A stretch of DNA of 64,000 nt from Macrostomum lignano (taxonomy: Eukaryota). Made by a program: the position numbers and the translations under genes. The notes under the pieces were generated by a model. The model had not been told where the DNA came from and searched no databases. It saw only the letters and a list, made by a program, of their open reading frames with translations. Below are positions 37,280-64,000 of this stretch, in pieces (position 1 is the stretch's first letter; each line of letters starts with the position of its first letter). Where the stretch lies: assembly GCA_002269645.1 (NCBI GenBank), contig NIVC01000231.1, positions 44,076 through 108,075 of the forward strand, in the 5' to 3' direction.

Positions 37280-38135
37280 TAGTGTCACCTGTTAGACAGA
37301 TGATAGTGTCAGACCTGTTAGACAGGGGATAGTGTCAGACCTGTTAGACAGGGAATAGTGTCACACCTGTTAGACAGGGAATAGTGTCACACCTGTTAGA
37401 CAGGGAATAGTGTCACACCTGTTAGACAGGAGATGGTGTCACCTGTTAGACAGGGATAGTGTCACCTGTTAGACAGGGGATAGTGTCACACCTGTTAGAC
37501 AGGAGATATTGGCACCTACAGGGGATAGTGTCACACCTGTTAGACAGTGGATAGTATCACCTGTTAGACAGGGGATAGTGTCACACCTGTTAGACAGTGG
37601 ATAGTATCACCTGTTAGATAGGGGATAGTGTCACACCTGTTAGACAGGAGATAGTGTCACACCTGTTAGACAGGAGATATTGGCACCTACAGGGGATAGT
37701 GTCACACCTGTTAGACAGTGGATAGTATCACCTGTTAGACAGGGGATAGTGTCACACCTGTTAGACAGTGAATAGTATCACCTGTTAGATAGGGGATAGT
37801 GTCACACCTGTTAGACAGTGGATAGTATCACCTGTTAGATAGGGGATAGTGTCACACCTGTTAGACAGAAGATAGTGTCACACCTGTTAGACAGGAGATA
37901 TTGGCACCTACAGGGGATAGTGTCACACCTGTTAGACAGTGGATAGTATCACCTGTTAGACAGCGGATAGTGTCACACCTGTTAGACAGGGGATAGTGTC
38001 ACACTTGTTAGACAGGGGATAGTATCACGCCTGTTAGACAGGGGATAGTATCACACCTGTTAGACAGGGGATAGTGTCACCTGTTAGACAGGGGATAGTG
38101 TCACATGGCACCTGTTAGACAGGGAATAGTGTGAC
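37280..38135 (+). repeat. 24-26-bp hairpin-containing minisatellite (tgtcacacctgttagacaggggatag)
   Basis: Each unit contains cctgt-tag-acagg; the same family recurs at 42279-42720. Confidence 0.93.
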
Positions 38136-38499
38136 TTATGTTAGTTCCTTGCAACAGCAGAACACTTCCTAAAGTTTTATTTATAAACTTTTTCTTGGTA
38201 AACGTTTTAATACTTTTCAAATCAAATACTGAGACTTACTTGTTGTAGCTATCTACTCAAGCACAAATCGCCTTTGAAAACTTTACGAAATTTAGATAAA
38301 TTTTGTGGCGTCATTGAGCTCTTTCTTTTATTTATTTAACTCAATCGTAGCAAACAACAGTGATTTGCTGGACCCCTAAAGAACCAATCAGAAATCAGCC
38401 AGTCTGATACTACTTCACTTTCTTGGACTAAATTGAACATCGAATACAAAATTTTCTGGGAGTTCAACCTTTTTCGATCTTGAGTGAGTCAGTGAGTTA

Positions 38500-38890
38500 T
38501 TTAGTTAGTTAGTCAGTTAGTTAGTTAGTTAGTTAGTTAGTTGGTTAGTTAGTTGGTTAGTTGGTTAGTTAGTTAGTTAGTTGGTTAGTTAGTTGGTTAG
38601 TTGGTTAGTTAGTTGGTTAGTTAGTTAGTTGGTTAGTTAGTTGGTTAGTTGGTTAGTTAGTTGGTTAGTTGGTTAGTTAGTTAGTCAGTTAGTTAGTTAG
38701 TCAGTTAGTTAGTTAGTCAGTTAGTTAGTTAGTTGGTTAGTTGGTTAGTTAGTTAGTTAGTTAGTCAGTTTGTTTGTTTGTTTGTTTGTTTGTTAGTGAG
38801 TTAGTTAGTTAGTTAGTCAGTCAGTTAGTTAGTTAGTCAGTTAGTTAGTTAGTTAGTCATTTAGTTAGTTAGTGAGTTAGTTAGTCAGTT
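38500..38890 (+). repeat. (GTTA)n / (GTTG)n microsatellite
   Basis: Tetranucleotide run. Confidence 0.95.
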
Positions 38891-40618
38891 AAGTTGCATA
38901 TACGAGCTATTTATCTCACGATGCGAAGTACTTATTTCTATTAAAATCAAAATTATCTCATTACCCTATCTTCGTTAATTAGACTAAATAAGTCAGAGGA
39001 ATATTTTATCTGCCGTTTCTCAGCTACCAAAGCAGTCTATTAAAAATTAAAACGTAAATCTGACTGAGGTATTTGTCCGACCTCCGAATATTTATTTGAA
39101 TAAAGTTTATGCATAACGAAAAAATCAATTAACACTACTAGCAGTACTATTGTATTATAGTAGTATATAAGATCTAAACACTACTATAATTTATGTTCTA
39201 TTATCTAACAAAACAAAAAAGATAAACTGTATTGTCAGCGGATCAAGTGCGAGCAGGTTGTAATCCACACAATACAACCCATGAAATAGTAAACAAAATC
39301 AAATAGCAGCAAGTATGATATAACAATTCTCTCACTGTGCCTCATCGCTGTGTTTAAAATACAGAAATTCAGAATATAGAAAAGTTGTTGCACTACGCCT
39401 AAAATCAAAAACATAAAGAGGTCAAATTACACAAAATATGGCGTAATTGTACCGACCAAAACATGATATAATTTGTTGATATCGAAGGATTAGGTGCTAA
39501 AATATCTATAGTCCAGACAATATCTTTATTTTTCGAGTTGACGCCACTTTTGTTAAATTATTTCGAACCCAACGGAGTTTTCCTGCCACAACCAGTCGCA
39601 AAAATTTACAATTGCAGTAACAGAATGTGAAAAGTAAAGTTAAACAGTTAAACAACCGATTAAACCAGTTATTTGAAAAGCAGCAGCATTGGAAATTAAA
39701 ACAAGTTACTATTTGAAGAAAACATTTTTATAAAAAAATATCTGCACAAAAAAATGTTGGGCTATATTTTATTCACAATTTGATTCAGTGGAGCATCATT
39801 ATGCCCGCAGCTGAAACAAGAGACAACCTTTTCTTCGAGATGAGGGTTAGATACTACTACACATGCAAGTAGTTTAATAAATATTAGTCAACAAATTTAT
39901 TTGCGGTTCGAATAATGTCGTGTTGCTATAGAAAGATACAATTTATGCATAAAGAAAGTATGAGTGATGAATTTTACAAAGCTTATTATGTAACCAGGCA
40001 TCTGGTTTTGAAACTCAAAATAACTATTGCAATTTCTGATTGCTTTTATTGTTATAAGTTCCAAGAAGAACAACAGAGAAATATAAATGACTAATTGAAT
40101 ATCAATCAAGGTTAAAAACTTGACCAAAACAAAAACGATATTATGCATAATTTGGAGATCATATCAGGGGAAAACGGAAACAAAATATCAGTCAGCAGTT
40201 TTAAACAAACAGTCTGCAAATTCAAAAGTACATATACATACGTCCTCTTGTTTGCTGAATTTGTGGATTTGTGGCGCGTTGTTTCATCGATTGAAAAAAA
40301 GGAAAATCTGCTACAAGCATAGCTGTCAAAAAATCAATCCTGGACCAACGGGACGGATGCTATGATATTGTTCGACCTGTTGAGACCAGATGGCTGCATG
40401 GTCACTCAGCCTCTCAGAGTATGACTATAAGCATTACCGAAAATATAGTCAAGGATCACTAGTACAGTTATTACAATCAGGTGATCTTTGAAAAGTTTAT
40501 CCGGTAAGAAAAAATGTCACTTTTTCGTGTCATGTCACGTGTTCAGTAATAACAGAAAAATCTATAGGCTAATGTTTGTTATGAAGCGTCTTGTGATCCA
40601 TGAATACGATGCGGTCAT

Positions 40619-61021
<20,403 letters not shown>

Positions 61022-64000
61022 TCTTACTCTGGTTTTGGATGCTGCTGGAGCTGCTGAAGCTTCGCTGAAGTGACCAGCAAGGAAAGGCAAAAATTATTTG
61101 CTGAGTGGGAAGATTTTCAGTGTCGTTTGGTCCTTGGGTCCGCCTAGCAAGCGCGCTCTATTTTTAGCCAGGCAAAACTAACTAAAACACTTTTAGAAGG
61201 AAAGTTTAGAGGGGGTAAGAAGAGAAGGCAGTTAAGTGAGTGGAGACCAGTTTTGGCCTTGGCGCTCCTTCAGTTTGGTTACATAAACTCTCCCCCAGCT
61301 TCTGCCCCTCACCTCCCACTTCTGGCTGCCCCAGAAACTTCCAAGCTCAACTTGATGATGGTGACTTAATCGAACGGGGCCGAAAAATGAGTCTGTGACT
61401 GGTTAGTTAAAGTTTGGAATCTATAATTTCTACTCAGCCTCTACTCGCAGGCTGCTTGTCCTGAAGGACTGAGGCCTTTCGGCTAGCAAAACCTCCTCCT
61501 GAGCAGTGCAGAGCGTTGAGAGACTCACCGACAGCCAGCTGGATGCCTCGATTGCATATTTATGGAATATTTGCAGGACGGTGGGCATACACACGGCGGC
61601 CCCTACTCTCACATCTGTGTGTGTGTCTATTCTGAAAGCCTACAATAGACCCCAGTTATTTTTTGCTATTCAAGAGTTTGGAGCTCAGCAGCTCTTGGGT
61701 TGGACAGGATTAACATGATGGGTGAGCGCTGCAGACACTAAACAAATAGCGTACTCAGACATTGAGAGGCATCGGCGCTAAAATGCTCATCTGATAAAAT
61801 AGATCTCTTTTTCTCGTCCCTTTCTAGTTGCTTATTTCCTACATTCCCACAATCGTTTTGCCCTTGAAAAGTTTCAGGCAAGTAAATTTTTATGACATGA
61901 GGCTACAAGACATAGCCAAGAAGCTCATCACCAAGAAAACATTGATTGATTCAAAAATCTTCTCTTTTAAAAGAAGGAAGCTGTTGATGAGGAAGGCTTT
62001 CCAGCTGCAACACTCTCTCAGGGAGGGACTCCACAAACCACTCCAAAAAACGCGTCGGGACTCTGCAGGGTGGGGGAGAGTGATGGCGGAATCTGCTTGG
62101 CTGGATAGCTGGTGAGAAAGCGCAAAGTTGGAAAAGCTGCAAAGCTTCCTCAAAAAAAAGCCGAGAAAGTGCCGTCCCCCCCCCCAACAAATTGAACGCC
62201 TCATCCAAATCATTGGCTAAATAAGGCAAAGTGAGCGAGAGAAGGACGGAGTGGAAAAGATGGACGGAAAAAAGATGGAGAAAAAATCAATGCCTCTTGC
62301 GCGAAGAAAAAAATATGGACTTCCACTGGCGCATCAACAGTCGCCCCCCCCTTCAAGTCCAGAGAGACTCATCAACGCTCATTAGGCAGCAGCCAGCCAC
62401 GTGAAGGCATTCGTCACTTTGGGTCCTACCGGACGCACTTCTCAGCGAGAGCCGGGAGCCCGTGGCTTATATGGGACTGTTCTATGCAGAGGAGGGGCTG
62501 CGGCAAACTTAGTTACCCGCCTAGCTCGAAGGCAATCTCTCTACCTTCAGTTCTATGCGGGCCTTTTTGTACAAAGGACCAGAAAATTGGCTCAATAAAA
62601 TGGCCAGCCCCCCCGTCGATGCTCAGACATATCTCTGTCTGGGCATTCGATGACAGTATATCCTTGTCTGCAGCTCTCATTCCGCCGCCTCCTAGATGCG
62701 GGCCCTCGCTATAGCTGTCGAGTTGCTCCGCCGCCTCTCGCCGTCAGCTCGGGAGAAAATGAGCCCAATTTTGCGCCGCCTCACGAACGATCTGCCCCCC
62801 CCACCCGCACAGTCGACAAGAAGCCTTCGTGCGAGGGGCTGGCCCTCACTCGATCTCCCCCTTGGGATTGGCGAGAATGCGAGCGGTGAGAGGAGAAGAA
62901 CTATGGGGGCGGGATATGCAATGACTGGCTGGTCGACGACAGATGAGCGAAAGAATTCGTGGATTCTTTTTGGGAGGCTGGTGAGCTGCTCCTCGACTCG
63001 TTCCGCCAACGAGTTGATAAGCCCGGCATGGCTCTTGACCGTCCCCTCCCGGCGTCATTAGATTAAATTTTCACTTCCCCAATCCTAGCACTGATCTGCA
63101 ACTCTCGGCTGGGGAATATTTTTGACTTTTTCTCCATGCTGCTCTCATCCCGACAGTCCGATTATCTCTCATTTTCCCTCTTTTCGGCAGAAAATACCTA
63201 TCGCGATGGGATTGCCGCACCGTAGGGATTTGGAAGGTTGAATTTCATCGACTGGGCCCTGGAATTCCCATGCTGACTCTGATTAGCGAATGCTGAACTG
63301 GGGATTGCTATGGTGTGTCGCAGTCATATCTACGATATTAGTAGGCTTTCTAATGTAGAAATGAGCAAGTTCAACAATTTTTTCACCCCTAAAAAGATTT
63401 ACGTAGTTTTATTTCCAATCAAAAACATTCTTCGCGTTCCGAAGCATTTAGACATAATTGTTTAATCAGACAGAGAAAAAACACAATTGAAGCGTTGAAA
63501 CTTACGCTGTCGAATTGGCCTAAAAATCTTCCGCAGAAAAAAATTGCTAATTATAATAATTTTGCAAGGTAAGAATCTATTAAGCGTGCGTTGAAAAAAC
63601 TACATACGAACGTAAAGAGCTGCTACGACTCAGAGATTACCTAATGAAAAGTTCTGTTTAGGCTGTAAAGACATTGAAAATGGCGTAATTTGCTAATAAC
63701 TATCAAATTAGAGGAGATTTTTCGAAAAAGCATATTGAAGCAAAATTAAAAGCAAAAAAAAATATTGCAGGCATTGTTACTAACACCGAAGCACACACCA
63801 AAGTCGAGATGCTGTAATACTTCGACAATATAGCGACAAGCGACAATATAATCAAGATTTACGGTTAACAAAGATAATATTGTAATCTGTTCATAATTGA
63901 CAACCATTTTTGACAGATGAGGGGTATCTCTACTAATTACAATATGCGTTTTAAACAAAACAAAAAAATATATGCGCTAAACATTTTTGCTAGCAAGCAA

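Overview
Eukaryotic, intron-rich invertebrate DNA. GT-AG introns packed with minisatellites, TTAGGG-type repeats and the GPCR type suggest a free-living flatworm such as Macrostomum; this is inference, not proven. 1-18 kb is transposon-derived: a hAT MITE with an 8-bp TSD, a decayed Merlin (IS1595-like) element nested in a palindromic MITE, two non-autonomous Helitron copies joined head-to-tail (CTAG|TC) with satellite cargo, a mariner-like foldback element, and a retroelement-like segment with a degenerate hammerhead ribozyme. 18-31 kb holds three co-oriented + strand genes: PRCP (2 exons), a divergent MTBP (5 exons) and a C3orf38/DUF4518 homologue (3 exons). A frameshifted class A GPCR lies on the - strand at 34.6-37 kb. 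A complete 13-coding-exon choline acetyltransferase (676 aa) lies on the - strand at 40.6-61.0 kb, with no VAChT visible in the window. Most long ORFs in the supplied track are translations of tandem repeats. All homology calls are from recalled motifs, not database searches; exon models were built by hand from splice signals and phase.
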